DNA of 60,457 nucleotides, filler included, from Dirinaria sp. TL-2023a (GCA_051941275.1; 9 parts of 9 records of this genome joined end to end with filler, not necessarily neighbours in it), one strand, 5' to 3'. Numbered from the whole stretch's first letter, positions 1 through 13,499 are shown. Notes: generated by a model not told the origin, from the letters alone. Translations and numbers: made by a program.

Positions 1-887
1 CAAGAACTGAAGAGTTCCCCGCCTAATAACAACCCTTGTATCCGTAATATCGAGGTCTCCATCTCTTGCATCGTAGTACTCGTGGCGTAATGTTGAATAT
101 CGGGGAGGACTTGCTATCCTAATAAGGAGACATAGGGTGTAGCTGATGTAGAATGGCGAATCGGAGGAGGCGTTTTCGGCAGTAACAGTATCGATGTCGC
201 TGAAGGCGGAGTCGCGAGAAACTTGTCAGACCCTTTATATCTACCTTCTCTATTGACTTCGTGTCAACGCAAGCGTCAATCACGCGGAACAATCGACTTT
301 GACGACGCGAATTTCGAGTTCAGACGCGTGTGAAAGACCCGACCACAGTTGTCACCACGAGGACACACTGCTCCCACTATGCCCTCATCGTCAGGAGATC
401 TCTTGGCTCTGCTTACTAGAAGCAGGTTCGTAGCCGGCACCACGTACAGGTGGATCTCGTCGCCAGCCTGCGGTGTGATGTGTTGGTGTTGAAGGTGCAG
501 TTACCTTTTCGGCAAGACCTCGGGGGATCGGCCCCTAGTGTGATATTATTGTGTATTTTAGGCCACACTGGCATCCTTCTTCTTAGAATAATAACAAGCA
601 TGCAAGTTGGCCATCATACACGATGTAGCCAGATGCTGCCTGCGCCATTGACGTCAGGCATACACTGACATGATGTACGATAAAGACTCATAAGTCTCAC
701 TCGTTTCCGCTCTAAGCGACTGTCACCTCTAATGTTCAATTTACCATTGTATTTGCCACCGCATTGCGACTGGCTGACCAAGGCTCGGCATTAGGTTGGC
801 CTGAGTTCTAGACGTTATGGACTGGAGAGTCTGGTACAAGTCATTTGGCAGTGCTTTGGCCCAGACGAGAATATGTGGCACCTCATA

Positions 888-1150
888 CGCACCTATTTTG
901 GTTTCCACGACCGCTTTAACATCGTTTGTTCTAGCATCGCCGTCGATATCGCATTAGGCATTCTTCTTACCCCTCGCCCACTCCAGGTAGCGGCCGTAGA
1001 GGTAGATGGAGTTATTGGCGCTAGACGCAGCATTTGGAGGCGATATCTACTTCTTATATCGCCGCATCTGACGCCGACGAGGCCCAGACCACCAGAACTT
1101 ACGACTCGTGACATTGCTAGTGCAAGAGCCATTGAAAGCACCTTCGTAGC
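888..1150 (-). pseudogene. Copy A of a dispersed, degenerate protein-coding repeat of unknown family
   Basis: The minus strand reads SGPRRRQMRRYKK*ISPPNAASSANNSIYLYGRYLEWARGKKNA*CDIDGD...KAVVETKIGA. It aligns by eye at DNA and protein level with 6360-6650(+) and 49655-49965(-), and has in-frame stops. Confidence 0.75.
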
Positions 1151-1583
1151 ATTGGTGGACTCAAGTAGGCAATATATAAAATGATTCTAGCCCGGCGGAA
1201 GACTTTCTAGATAAGCTCTCAATCATCGCATACTCGTATCTTCGAATGTAGCACTTTGCAGGGTTTAAGCACGATACTGATGTTGGCAATGGCGCAACAT
1301 TGTCAGTAATTCCTATCTATCTAATACTTCCACTTCCGACGTTGAAGCACTGACATCGACCACGGTAACGACACAATTGAATAGGTTGCAGTAGGCTGAA
1401 GCCCGCGCCACCATAGAAAACCAGCAGTGGATTTAGTGTCGTACCTCAAGACAACTAGAAGGTACAGTATGCGTGGACTGCTGGTCCTCGGGCTGTGGAG
1501 CTTGGCAAAGTCTATTTGGACCAATCCTACAGCATGGGTGGTTCGACAACACTTTATACTTTCAACAACAGCAAGGCATCATA

Positions 1584-3125
1584 ATGGACCTCACAAGATC
1601 ACAATATGCTTGGTTCAACTTGAAAACGAAAAGAATTGCTACTGTGTTCACTAGCTTTTGCCAACAGATCACGTCTTCTGGCAAGAGTTCCACACAAACC
1701 TATCCACAGACACCTGTTGACAAGGGCGGCGTCAGGAAACTTGACCTTGTGGTTGATAACGTATGGGAGTGGGTCGAAACATGCATTCATCGTAGCCCTG
1801 TCCAGCCAGTGGCCAATCTGGGACTGGGATTTAACCAGGAAAACCCGCCTCAGTTTCTGGTCGATGCTTACACCGAAGCCTTAAAGGACGTCTCTTGCAA
1901 TCAATACGGGCCTACCGATGGACTGGCATGCTTCAGAGAGACGCTGGCAAGCATATACTCACCCATTTATGGCAAGAAACTCGACCCTTTGACAGAGATC
2001 TCCGTTCATTCTGGAGGAACTGAGGCTATCTTGAGCGCCATTTATGCCTTCGTGGAACCAGGAGATGAAGTCATTGTCATGGAACCAGCTTTTGATCTGT
2101 ATGAACTGCATATCAGATCTGTAGGCGGTGTCGTAAAACCCGTTCGACTTCACCCACCAGCGAACGCAGCAATAAGCGTCACCAGTGCTGATGAATGGCG
2201 TTTGGATACCAAGGAAGTGGAAGCGGCTATCTCTACAAAGACAAAAATTCTAGTGTTGAATACGCCGCAAAATCCTCTTGGTAAAATCTTCTCCAGAGAT
2301 GAGCTTTTTTCTCTTGGCCAGCTTTGCATTAAATATGGTTTGATCATCCTGTCTGATGAGGTATATGAACGCCTACATTTTACGTCTACTTTCAATCGCA
2401 TAGCAACGCTGAATGAGGAGGTGGCAAAACACACTATAACCGTGGGTTCAATTGGAAAGGCTTTCAATGCTACTGGCTGGAGAGTGGGATATGCAATTGG
2501 TGACCGGAATCTAATCACGCAGTTAAAAAGAGCTCATATTATTTTGAGCTATACAACAGCAGGACCACCGCAAATGGCAGCTGCAATAGGGCTAGAGCAA
2601 GCAGAGCGAAATGACTTCTGGGAACACAATCGGGACATCATGAAAGCAAAGATCAGAATTCTCTGTGAGGCGTTTGACTACCTTGGCTTGCCTGTGAGCT
2701 TCTCGTCTTTCCACAGAGATTTCGTTTTCTTAATTTCTGGTGCAGTACGTGAAACCCTCCGGCGCTCACTACATTCTCGTCAATGTTGGCAGAATTCGGA
2801 TTCGGCCTAATTACGTTTTTCCTAAGAGCATCGAGCACAGATCTAGAGATTGGAAAATCTGCTACTACCTCATACACGAGGCTGGTGTGGCTACCATACC
2901 TGTCAGTGGTCAGTCAGAATTCCTTATGACTGTGGATTCCTACATGTACAGAGTTGACCTAATTCTGCTTATCTCGAAGCTTCTTTCTGCAACGCCAATA
3001 CCCACGTCGCAGACCACTACCTTAGATTTGTTGCCTGTAAATCTTTCTCTGAGCTTGAACTTGCTAAAAAAAGATTGATGGGCATGGGACCTTCTCTGGG
3101 GGATTACTATGGGCGGCAAGTGTAA
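1584..3125 (+). CDS. PLP-dependent class I/II aminotransferase, kynurenine aminotransferase (Bna3)-like
   Basis: Motifs NLGLGF, NQYGPTDG, NTPQNPLGK, SDEVYE and the PLP lysine motif SIGKAFNATGWRVG. GT-AG introns 2694-2745 and 2909-2979 restore the C-terminal YLRFVACK. Stop TAA 3123-3125. Start codon uncertain. Confidence 0.9.
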
Positions 3126-3510
3126 CATGCAACAGAACACAGAATTTATTGGTAGAGTGTATCAGCGCTGTGAGGTTGCCGATGCGTTTCCCTTATGTCT
3201 TACATTTTCCGAATGGGAAGAGACTCCGTAGTTGCATGTGGCTCGTAGAGACACTGCATGAGCCTAAGATGCACACCGCCCCTCTCATGAACTAATTTAA
3301 TTATGCTCATAGGCGAATAGAATCTCGCATCCGTTATAACATCTTCAAACCTTTTAAAAGAGCTCCATGTCCAAAATCCTTTCCATGAGCTGTTACAACA
3401 CTTTACAATCACCATCAGAAGCCTTTGACTGGATCTAATAAATGCTGATACTGCTGCAAGTCTAATTGCCCAAAACCTCCGTCGAGTTGCGTTAATCGCT
3501 CAAAGCCAAA

Positions 3511-4390
3511 ATGCTGGGAAGTGTTCTTCCATTTTCACCCGAATTGGCAGACAGAGTTTCCGCATATTGCGAGAAGCATTCTGAAGGTAGCAGCTTGATC
3601 TGGCATTTGTTTCGACGATATGCTTACTTTGACTAATGGCAGCTCTTCCGGAGCGTCTTGATAGGCATTGGGAGTGGACGATCCAAACATGGATGGACTC
3701 TGAGATGATGTCGTCGAAACTACAAGGGCAGTGGATGATCTGGATGAGCCAAATGCTGGCACCCAAGCGAGGTAGAACCTTCTTTCCAGCCTCATCGTGG
3801 GACTTGCACGACTGATGATTGAGGTGGAGGAACCACCAGTGCTCGAAGTCGGCACTTTTACAGGATTCTCAGCTTTGGCATGGTACGAAGGCACACGTGC
3901 GACACAGGCAGAAATCATCACTCTTGACGTGCGCGGAGAGGTGCTCGCTTTCACTCGCTCTAAATTCCAAGAAATGGGCGTCGACGACCGCATCCAGATC
4001 CTCGAAGGTCCCGCTGCTGCTAGCCTTGCGAACGGTGATCCGACTCGTGGTGGTGTAGTAGGGCAATTCGACCTCGTCTTCCTCGATGCTGATAAGCACA
4101 ATTACCAGAACTACCTCGATACCATACTCGATCGCCAGCTACTTAGCCCGAAAGGTATTATACTAGTTGACAACGTGTTCGCGCGCGGACTGACAATGGG
4201 TCCCGAGTTCAATCCCTTCATGGAAGGTTTCAGACGCCCCTTCTGGGAGAAGAGTGCAGAGACACTGAGAGAATTAAATAAGAGTTTCTTGAATGATGAG
4301 CGGATTGATTGTGTGCTTCTGCCAATGTTTGATGGAATTACGCAGATTAAGTGGAGAGCAGCTTGGCTGGAGAAGGCTGCTAGGAAGTAG
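3511..4390 (+). CDS. Cation-dependent class I O-methyltransferase (caffeoyl-CoA/catechol OMT, Methyltransf_3 type)
   Basis: Spliced reading MLGSVLPF...MMSSKLQGQW...PKRVLEVGTFTGFSAL...FDLVFLDADKHNYQNY...ILVDNVF. Two short GT-AG introns near 3587-3642 and 3772-3839. Confidence 0.9.
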
Positions 4391-4530
4391 ATCATATGGC
4401 AATTCTCACTTGAATGATGAGAAGAAAGGTCTGAGCCAAACAAAAAGTATGAAGCAATTTACAGAAGATGAACTGCTCTTTTGAAACTTGATCCATGGTG
4501 CTGATCTCACAGTAACTGCTTTAAGTATCT

Positions 4531-5374
4531 TCACTCGTTGAACTTCAACAGAAGGCTTTGCAACTCGTTCACAATCTCATCAGGCCTACTAGCCCAGGCA
4601 CTATGTCCGGCATCCACCTCTTTCACAGTCCACTGTACGCCACTTTTTTCTATGAACATGTCCTGCAAGAACGACGGCAGCGCTTGGTCAATCATGCATT
4701 TGATGAACACGAGTTTGCCTGCGTATTCAGGCTCTTTCCAACTTGTTGCCGGAGCAGGAGTTTCGAAAGCGAGAACCGCGTGGGGCTGCAAAGATGCTGC
4801 AAGTTCAGTGGCCAGAGAAGATGGGACGTCATTGAACAGAACGGCCTTGGGGTTGTCGATTGTTGAAAGGCCGAACGAGGGCTTTTAGGGAAAAATGTCA
4901 GCCTTACTTCTATCGAGCAGATTTTTATCTGTTCAGTAGTAGAGAACATACAGAATCTCTGAGGAGGTAAGGGGGGTGTGATCCACCCAGATATTCAACC
5001 AGGCTCTGTCCTTCGGGAACCACAAACGCACACATATATATCATACCCAGCACAGCTGTCTTCCGACCCTGCGTCTCACGTGCTTTCTTGCTGAGACCGT
5101 ACGATGCTCCCGAGGCTGGGATTCCTCCGTATGAATGCACGAGGAGAACTACACCATGGCCAGCTTCGTCAATGTGAGAGAGAATATGACGGCGGAGAGC
5201 TATCGCGTCAGCTGCGCAGCTTGCCGATGATGGCTCATTTGTGTTGAAGCTAGGTAAACTTGCGACGCTGAATTCGAATCCAGCGTCGGTCAGTGCAGAT
5301 GTAAGGGGTGTGTAAGCAGTTGACGGATGCCATCCTCCAGGGATGACCACGGCCACAGGCTTAGTCGTTGCCAT
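4531..5374 (-). CDS. Alpha/beta hydrolase (Abhydrolase_6, methylesterase-like)
   Basis: Oxyanion motif VIPGGWH, nucleophile elbow VHSYGG, Asp in DQAL, His in AGHSAW. Intron 4882-4951 (GTATGT...GCTGAC...AAG). Confidence 0.9.
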
Positions 5375-6359
5375 GACTGATTTCTAGCAACGGCTCGTAT
5401 CTGCTCGACAGCGAATACTGCAAAGTTTGCTATAGTATATATAATACCAAATCCTCTCACGCAATGGAAAGAAAAGAACAACAAAGACAAAATTCCCTAT
5501 ATAGTGTCTCTTTATACTCGGGCTAACAGAGCCCTTAGCACTCAAAATTGAGTCTTTCGTGATTATGGAAAGTTTCTTTACAGCATTCAAAACAAATCAT
5601 ACTCATCAATGTATGCAATAAATACATTACGAAACCAATTTTCATGAGAAATTACTCACCTGACCAACCACCTTCAAGCGGCAAGTCGTGGTTCAGCTAA
5701 TGCACCTGCGGCAGCAAGAGGGTGCCATCATTTCTGCTGAACAGGAATCAACGAATTTGAGTCTCATTCTGATTGTTTCACCGCATCTCAAGTAGCCATT
5801 CTCCTGCTCAGATGGTGTGTCCATGCAAAGTAGTGGCGTGGAGGCTTGAGCTAGAATAGAGCAAATTGTCCAACCTTCCCGAAGCAGAACCCTCAGCGGC
5901 TACGTGGACGGCATCTAGAGCACCCTCCGAACCTTACTCCGTACTGTCGGATCATTTGAATCCCTCAACTTTGTGGTGCCCAGAAGTTTTGGACATGCCC
6001 AAATGTGGAGTTTCACACCATGATGTACTAAGTTCTGACTAGTGTCATGTACGCAAAGACTGGATCTTCTTGGCATGCTAGGGAATGCGACCAAAGGTAG
6101 GCAGTCCGGCCCGCGCCCGCTATAAGTTAATGAGTGATTGTGCTAGCCAAGATTTATGGCATCAGGCTCTATAGTGAGGCTGGAAAGCGTATTAGAGTAA
6201 GAGTACCATTGTGCATATTCGCCAGAGAGAATGATCTTATGCGTCGAATCGGAATGATCGTACGCTCAACAGCGAGTACCTTGCCAGCCGAATGAGAGAA
6301 GGGCCAATGGTAACACTCTGCTGGCACTGATCAGCAAAGTGCGAGAGTTGGCATGTGTG

Positions 6360-6650
6360 CGCAGAAACGGCGCAATGCATTGCCAAAAACTGCCCGAAAT
6401 CCGACGAGTGGGGTACGAAAGACTTCATGCAGGGCAGCGCATATGACCTGTAGAAGTGCTTTCGATGCCTCATGGGACTAGCAAATATAGGCACAAACGA
6501 GTGAACTGGATTTGGGCCTCGTCGGCGCCAGAGGCGTCTATCTAGCAAGCAAGCAAACGAAAACACGACCTCAAAACATGCTGCCTCTAGCGTCAACAAC
6601 TCCCTCTACCTATGCGGCCGATATCTGGAGTGGGTGGGTGAAAAAGCGCT
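6360..6650 (+). pseudogene. Copy B of the dispersed degenerate coding repeat, cut off by the contig end
   Basis: One frame reads DL*KCFRCLMGLANIGTNE*TGFGPRRRQRRLSSKQANENTTSKHAASSVNNSLYLCGRYLEWVGEKA, homologous to copies A and C. Confidence 0.75.
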
Positions 6651-6750
6651 NNNNNNNNNNNNNNNNNNNNNNNNNNNNNNNNNNNNNNNNNNNNTTAATT
6701 AATTAANNNNNNNNNNNNNNNNNNNNNNNNNNNNNNNNNNNNNNNNNNNN
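6651..6750. other. Artificial contig linker
   Basis: N44-TTAATTAATTAA-N44, with stops in all six frames. Confidence 0.99.
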
Positions 6751-7008
6751 CAGATGTGTACCTGATTCCTAAAGTATTTTGCATAGGCCCATCAACAACT
6801 TTTCGAGCGAATTCCAGTTAATCATTGCGGCGGCGCAAATTGCCCATTTCGCAGCTGGGTCGACAATATGCCAGACATGTCCGTTCAGAGACTCAATAGC
6901 TTGCTCTATGTGAGCGACTTTCGTGGTTTCTAAGCACCCCTTGCACCCTCGATATAATACCCGTATTGCGAAGAGGCTGCTTGTGCTGCCCCTGAACTCA
7001 ATATCAAG

Positions 7009-10000
7009 ATGTATTCATCTATCAGAGCCTCAGAGGAGGTATATCTCCTACCGTTGACAGACACTGGTGCGCCAGACGTACCCGGAGAGTACATTTACCT
7101 TCCCCCCCCTACGGAACCTTCATACTCGATTCGCTTTGCCATTGATGGAACATCTTCAATATGTCGTCAGGGAAGTCTCTGGTTCAATATGCCAAAGCGT
7201 GGTGAACGGTTTGATCGTCAGCGCTTTCACGAATATCCACTTCAACCCAATTTTAACGCGACCCTTACAATCGATGTTGCCATAAACCTAGCAGGCGCAT
7301 TCGCCTTCTTCACGACCTACAGTCACTTACCAGACCTCTCTGTATCATTTTCAGATGCCGTCAATGTCGAACCTACAAGAACAGACACCTATTACATTGA
7401 TGTTTGTCCGGAGCTCAAGATCGACAAAGAGCTTACGCCTCTGGACTCATTGTCCATTTTCTCGACCGTATCAAAGTTCATGGGCACATATCCTGATGAT
7501 TGGGATAAACACCTCCAAGGGATCGCACAGCGGTATTATAACATGGTCCACTTCACGCCATTGTCGCAAAGAGGCTGGTCCAATTCCCCATACAGCATCT
7601 ACGATCAGTGTAAATTCGACCCTACAAATTTCCCCAACGGTGAAACGGATGTCGCGAACATGATAGCCAAGATGGAAAAAGAGTACGGACTGCTTGGCTT
7701 GACAGATGTGGTCTGGAACCATACCGCAAGTAATAGTAAATGGTTAGAAGAACACCCGGAGGTAGGCTATAACCTTGAAACGGCACCTTACTTGGAGCCA
7801 GCTTTAGAATTAGACAATGCACTGCTTCAGTATGGTAAGGACCTCGGCTCGCTTGGCCTGCCGACCTCCATCGATACTTTGGACGAACTGAACAGGTGTA
7901 TCGATGGAATCAAACCATATGTTCTTGGTAAGCTCCGTTTGTGGGAGTATTACATTGTTGATGTTGTCACGGACGCGAGATTAGCCGTGGACGCCTGGGT
8001 AAAAGGAGAAGTAACATTCCCGAAGAACGGGTTTGGTAACTCTGGCATAGGTGAGTTGGATCAAGTGAAGGACTGGACATTGAAGCAACGGGCGGATTTC
8101 CTTCTACAAAATGGGTTCACCGGAGCTGGGCAGATGGGAGCCCGGCTCGCACGCAAAACCAATCCTTTGATTGCATCATCCTTGCTGACAGCCATTCACG
8201 GTCGATATAGCCCTGATCAACATGGCTCACCTGACCATTGTGCGGCACTGGACACAATGACCAAGACATTGGATGAGCTAAATAGCCAATTTTATCGCGA
8301 ATACGACGGAGATGCTGCTGCTATTGTGCAGCAAGTCCATGATCGTGTACGGTATCTACGAGTTGACGACGACGGACCAAAACAGGGTGCTGTCACGCTC
8401 GAGCACCCTTTTGTTGAGTCCTACTTCGCCCGTTTGCCGCAGAACGAGACTACCAAGAGTCATAGTCTGAGAAGCCTGTCTCTGGTCTGTAACGGTTGGA
8501 TCTGGGCAGCAGATGCCATGAAAGATCACGCTGGTCCTGACTCTAAAGCTTACTTACGTAGAGAAGTCATTATATGGTCTGACTGTGTTAAGCTTCGGTA
8601 TGGGAAAATGCTGAGCGATAGCCCCTTTTTGTGGGAGTTCATGACAAAATATACTCAGTTATCGGCTAAATACTTTGCTGGCTTTCGCATTGATAATTGT
8701 CATTCGACGCCGCTACACGTAGCTGAGTATCTTCTTGATAAGGCACGTGAAGTCAGGCCAAATCTTGCGATCTTTGCCGAGCTTTTTACCGGAGATGAAC
8801 GAATGGATTACGTCTTTGTCAAGCGCCTCGGTATTAGTGCACTCATTCGAGAAGCTATGCAGTCCTGGAGCACTGCCGAGCTTAGCAGGCTTGTCCACAT
8901 GCATGGTGGCCGACCGATTGGGAGCTTCGAGATCGATAAGACATCGAGTAGTCATATCCAGCTCGGAAAGGCTAATGGAACCAATGATTTTTCACAGCAG
9001 AAAGAGAATGTACATCATATCCGGGCGAGCCCTGTTCATGCTCTGTTCATGGATTGCTCTCATGATAATGAACTTCCTGCCCAAAAGCGTGACGCGAGGG
9101 ACACCCTTCCCAATACAGCCTTGGTAGGCATTTGCGCAAGCGCCACAGGAAGCGTCTTCGGTTATGATGAGATCTACCCAAGACACATTAATATTGTACA
9201 AGAGACACGACTTTATGACTCTCCGTACTCGAATGGCCATAGGATGGGTGGCGCAGGTCAAGGTGGTATTGGTGGTATCAAGAGGCTCATAAACGAGGCA
9301 CATGAACTGATGGGTCTGGATGGCTATGACGAAACTTTCATACATCATGAAGGGGAATTTATTACTGTCCATCGAGTGCATCCGCGCTCAAGGAAAGGAT
9401 ACTTCTTGGCTGCACATACCGCATTTCCAGGATACGGTAGTGGACATGGGAACTTGAGCCAGGTTCATCTGGCAGGGACAAGAGCAAAGCTTGTAGGTTG
9501 TTGGAAGCTTGAGGTTGATGCATCTAATGCTACCGTCAATCAAATATTGGCAGATAAGAAGCTATTACGAGGCCTTCCTTCCACTGTCATTGAAGTCCAC
9601 GGAGTTCGCATTGAGGAGATACTAGACGACACAAAGCTAATAATGCCCGAAGAATTCCCCCCTGGAAGCATAGCTGTGTTTGAGACATTTATACCTAGCG
9701 CCGAGCATCATGCAGAGGGTCTAGATAACTTCGTTGTAGGGGCCGCCACAGAAGCCTTCGGAAATCTTGGCCTAATTGATCTGAACTTTGTCTTATACCG
9801 ATGCGAGCCAGAAGAACACGATTTAATGGGCGGAGACGATGGGGTATATAATATCCCGGGATTCGGTACGCTAGTATATGCCGGGTTACAAGGGTGGTGG
9901 AGCATATTGCGAAATGTAGTTCGTGATAACGATTTGGGACATCCGATATGCAGTCATCTGAGAGAAGGACAGTGGGCGTTAGACTGGATCGTCAGCCGCC

Positions 10001-11736
10001 TGCAGCGCATTGGAAAGCGTACAAGTCACACAGCTCTTCAAAAGCCTGCTCTATGGTTCACTGAGCGCTTTGATGCAATCCGCAAGCTTCCTAGCTTTCT
10101 GCTACCACGCTACTTTGCTCTCGTGATTCAGACCGCCTATGAAGCTTCCTGGGAACGAGGGGTTTCTCTGATGAGTAACACCATCAAGAACGGACAACCT
10201 TTCCTACAGCACTTAGCAATGGTCAGTGTCCAGCAGACAGGCTACATGAACTCGACCTCCCTGTGGCCTGCTACGAGTGTGCCATGCCTAGCAGCAGGGC
10301 TTCCTCATTTTTCGAGTGATTGGGCAAGATGCTGGGGCCGCGACGTTTTCATATCTCTGAGAGGACTCTATCTCGTCACTGGGCGATATAAGGACGCCAA
10401 GGAACACATCATTGCCTTCGCAAGCGTACTGAAACATGGGATGATACCGAACCTTCTAAATGGAGGAAAGCTGCCTCGATACAATTCTCGAGATTCAATC
10501 TGGTTCTTTCTCCAATGTATTCAAGACTACACTAAGATTGTTCCAAACGGCGTCGATATTCTACAAGAAAGGGTTCCCCGCCGATTTCTTCCTTACGACG
10601 ATTCCTTCTTTGAGCATAACGACCCACGAGCATACTCTAAAATATCTACCCTCGAAGCAATTGTTCAGGAAGCTCTACAACGACACGCCAGCGGCTTGTC
10701 TTTCCGCGAAGCTAATGCTGGGCCGGGATTAGATATGCAGATGAAACCTGAAGGCTTCGATATCTCAATTCATGTGGACTGGTCGAACGGAATGATTTTC
10801 GGCGGTAGTAAATATAATTGCGGGACCTGGATGGATAAAATGGGCGAAAGCGAAAAGGCTGGCTCCAAGGGCATCCCTGGCACCCCGCGGGATGGAGCAG
10901 CTATTGAAATCACCGGCTTACTCTACAGCACTCTGCTGTGGCTTACAGAACTGCACGAAAAGGGGCAATACCAATTTAGCGGCGTCAATCTGTCCACGCA
11001 AAAAGAGATTACCTGGCAGACTTGGGCTAACCTCATACTGACGAACTTCGAGCGTTGTTATTATGTCCCTCTGGACGCTTCGAAAGATCCGAAGTATGAC
11101 ATCAATAGCTCGATTGTCAACCGCCGCGGCATCTACAAGGATCTCTATCGCTCTTCTACACCTTACACAGACTACCAACTACGCCCCAACTTCCCGATCG
11201 CTATGACTGTTGCCCCTTCCCTGTTCAGCGCGTCCCACGCACTCCATGCGCTCGAGCTTGCAGACAGCGTACTTCGCGGTCCAACGGGGATGGCCACTCT
11301 TGACCCCTCAGACTTGAAATATCGCCCATACTATAATAATTCGGAAGACTCTGCGGATTTTGAGACCAGTAAAGGCCGCAATTATCATCAAGGACCGGAG
11401 TGGCTATGGCCGATTGGATTCTTTCTACGAGCGCTATTGCATTTTTACCTGCAAAGGTGGAAAAACAACGAAGCACGGCTAGAAATATTCCAACAGATCT
11501 CGAGGAGACTCGAGGGGTGCAAAAAAGCCATACAAGAAAGCCCTTGGGCCGGGCTTACGGAATTGACAAACAAGAATGGAGAGTACTGTCGAGACTCGGT
11601 ACGTTTGGCAAGCTTTTGAATACTCCCTTCCAAGAACATTCCACGCTGATAGGTTTGATAGTCTCCAACGCAAGCCTGGTCGGCCGCATGCATCCTTGAT
11701 TTGCTTTACGATGCGCAGCAGGTTTCCACTACTTGA
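7009..11736 (+). CDS. GDB1: Glycogen debranching enzyme (4-alpha-glucanotransferase/amylo-1,6-glucosidase)
   Basis: Exon of about 1530 codons with FRIDNCHSTP, AELFTG, DCSHDN, WARCWGRD, GTWMDKMG and YHQGPEW. Intron 11599-11661, then SPTQAWSAACILDLLYD and TGA 11734-11736. Confidence 0.97.
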
Positions 11737-12003
11737 CTTGAAAGACTGTTGATCTTGCTCGGGACTATCCGCCAAATGCCGGGGAGAAAAGCAATTTGAC
11801 ACAAAGGTAGCGTCAACTAAGAAAGGTCGAATATTAACATGATAGAAAAGGGTCAGTTAGAAAACAAGAAAAAGAATTACATCAATCTGGACGCCGCTCC
11901 AGGGAGCGGCACGTTAATTCATAAACACACCAAAAGTTCATCTTGCTAGGCCCTCCTTCGTCAAATATCTTCCTCTATCTTGTTCGTGATATCTGACATC
12001 ATT

Positions 12004-12279
12004 TCATTTCCTAATTACAGGAGAGCCTTCCAGTTCATATCGTTGCTCTATTCCCTGCTCATGCTTGCACTCGATCTGCGTTCTCGTCAAAGGGGTCCCA
12101 TCCAGCTCAAATCGCGGCTCTTCCCCCTGCATAAGCTTCATCGTCTCCATTTCAGCCCTCGTCTTTGGCGCGTCTTGCAAGCTTGGAGCTCGCGCTAGTG
12201 CGCCTACTTGCTGGTCTCTGGAAGCTGATGTATTGTCGATTTTGCCTTTGAAAAGGGATTTCATAGGGGGGAAGGGCAT
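12004..12279 (-). CDS. Small hypothetical protein
   Basis: ATG-initiated 91-codon ORF convergent with GDB1, with an internal repeat RFELDGTP/RYELEGSP. No family recognised. Confidence 0.3.
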   Translation of the reverse strand: MPFPPMKSLFKGKIDNTSASRDQQVGALARAPSLQDAPKTRAEMETMKLMQGEEPRFELDGTPLTRTQIECKHEQGIEQRYELEGSPVIRK

Positions 12280-13399
12280 GCTGAAGAATATGGTCTTGGT
12301 AGTTGTAGGTCGTCTGTGGTGGGAAGAAGGTTCTTTAATAATTGGATAACTGGCTGTTGGGACCCGAAAGGTTGATAGCTGGAATATTGCAGACGTTGAG
12401 AGCCGGCTCAAGTAGGAATGTTTATTGATGATGTTGATGCTTTGATTGTATGAGAGAAGTCTGCGATGTAGCTTGGGAAAAATCTACGAGAACCTTGGGG
12501 GAAGAGACAGGTTCTTATGGTGGTTGGGTCGAGGGGCCCTTGTCAAATTTGAAAAACCGTTACAGCAGTGTGATGACAATGAATAGGTCATCAATGTACG
12601 ATAATGGAACCGTGCTCGACAGCAATGGAATGAATATATATTAGTCCTGCTTTTTGGAAGGATGTGCTGTGTCTCGATATCTGCGTCTTCATATCTACGT
12701 CTTCATATCCGCATCCCTTGTGTTCATGACACAGACTTTAGTCTTAGGCAAGTGAGTCTTGCAAATTCATAAAGTATGAGCTTAAATTGAATCTGGAGAC
12801 CCTCAATTCAACCTTGTAACAATGGATGTTCTTCCACGTATGATCGCGCAAGCACATCGTCATTTGGCCATGACTATGCTAGGTGAACTGCATATTAATG
12901 TAATCAGCAGCCCGGCGTGATACCATCGGCCTATGTTAAGGCCAATTTTAACACCTAGAGGTCTCAGAAGACACCTTGCGTCTAAAATATTCTTAAAACG
13001 ACTGCTTGTAGATCAAGGGAATACGCTGCCGAATTGCGTAAGCCGAGAAATTAGGGTTGTGTTATGTGCTCACTTCTAGGGTTAGTGTTAGTAGCCACAT
13101 CATCAGCCAACCATCTACTAGTTGCGGTCCGCCATCGCGTAAGCACTTCCCCCGAGTAAAGTTTTTTTGCTCACACCTACTCCGGCTCTTCATGTAACGC
13201 TTATTGATGCATCTTATCGTGTTGATGCCGCTCTGTGGCTTGAATGACATTGTCTGGATATCAAAATTTCAGTAGTATCCGATGACCGACACACCATCCC
13301 AGCAAAATGAGCGGAGCCAGGCAGACGCCGACATAGTCTCCAGGCACCTTCCGCCAGGATACACCGCCGATCCCGAGGTCTTACTGAGTAGTCCGAGTC

Positions 13400-13499
13400 N
13401 NNNNNNNNNNNNNNNNNNNNNNNNNNNNNNNNNNNNNNNNNNNTTAATTAATTAANNNNNNNNNNNNNNNNNNNNNNNNNNNNNNNNNNNNNNNNNNNN
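13400..13499. other. Artificial contig linker
   Basis: N44-TTAATTAATTAA-N44. Confidence 0.99.

Noticed and set aside
1..130. Minus-strand frame EYYDARDGDLDITDTRVVIRRG, faintly like the N-terminus of some fungal kinase-like proteins
   Set aside because: No start codon, too short, and cut by the window edge.
416..601. ORF ending CRKGNC...CTWCRLRTC, resembling a nuclear-receptor or Zn-cluster finger
   Set aside because: Cys spacing fits neither family, there is no second finger, and no supporting exon structure.
12676..12716. Short 14-bp tandem repeat (ATATCTGCGTCTTC-like, about 3 copies)
   Set aside because: Ordinary minisatellite with no further structure.
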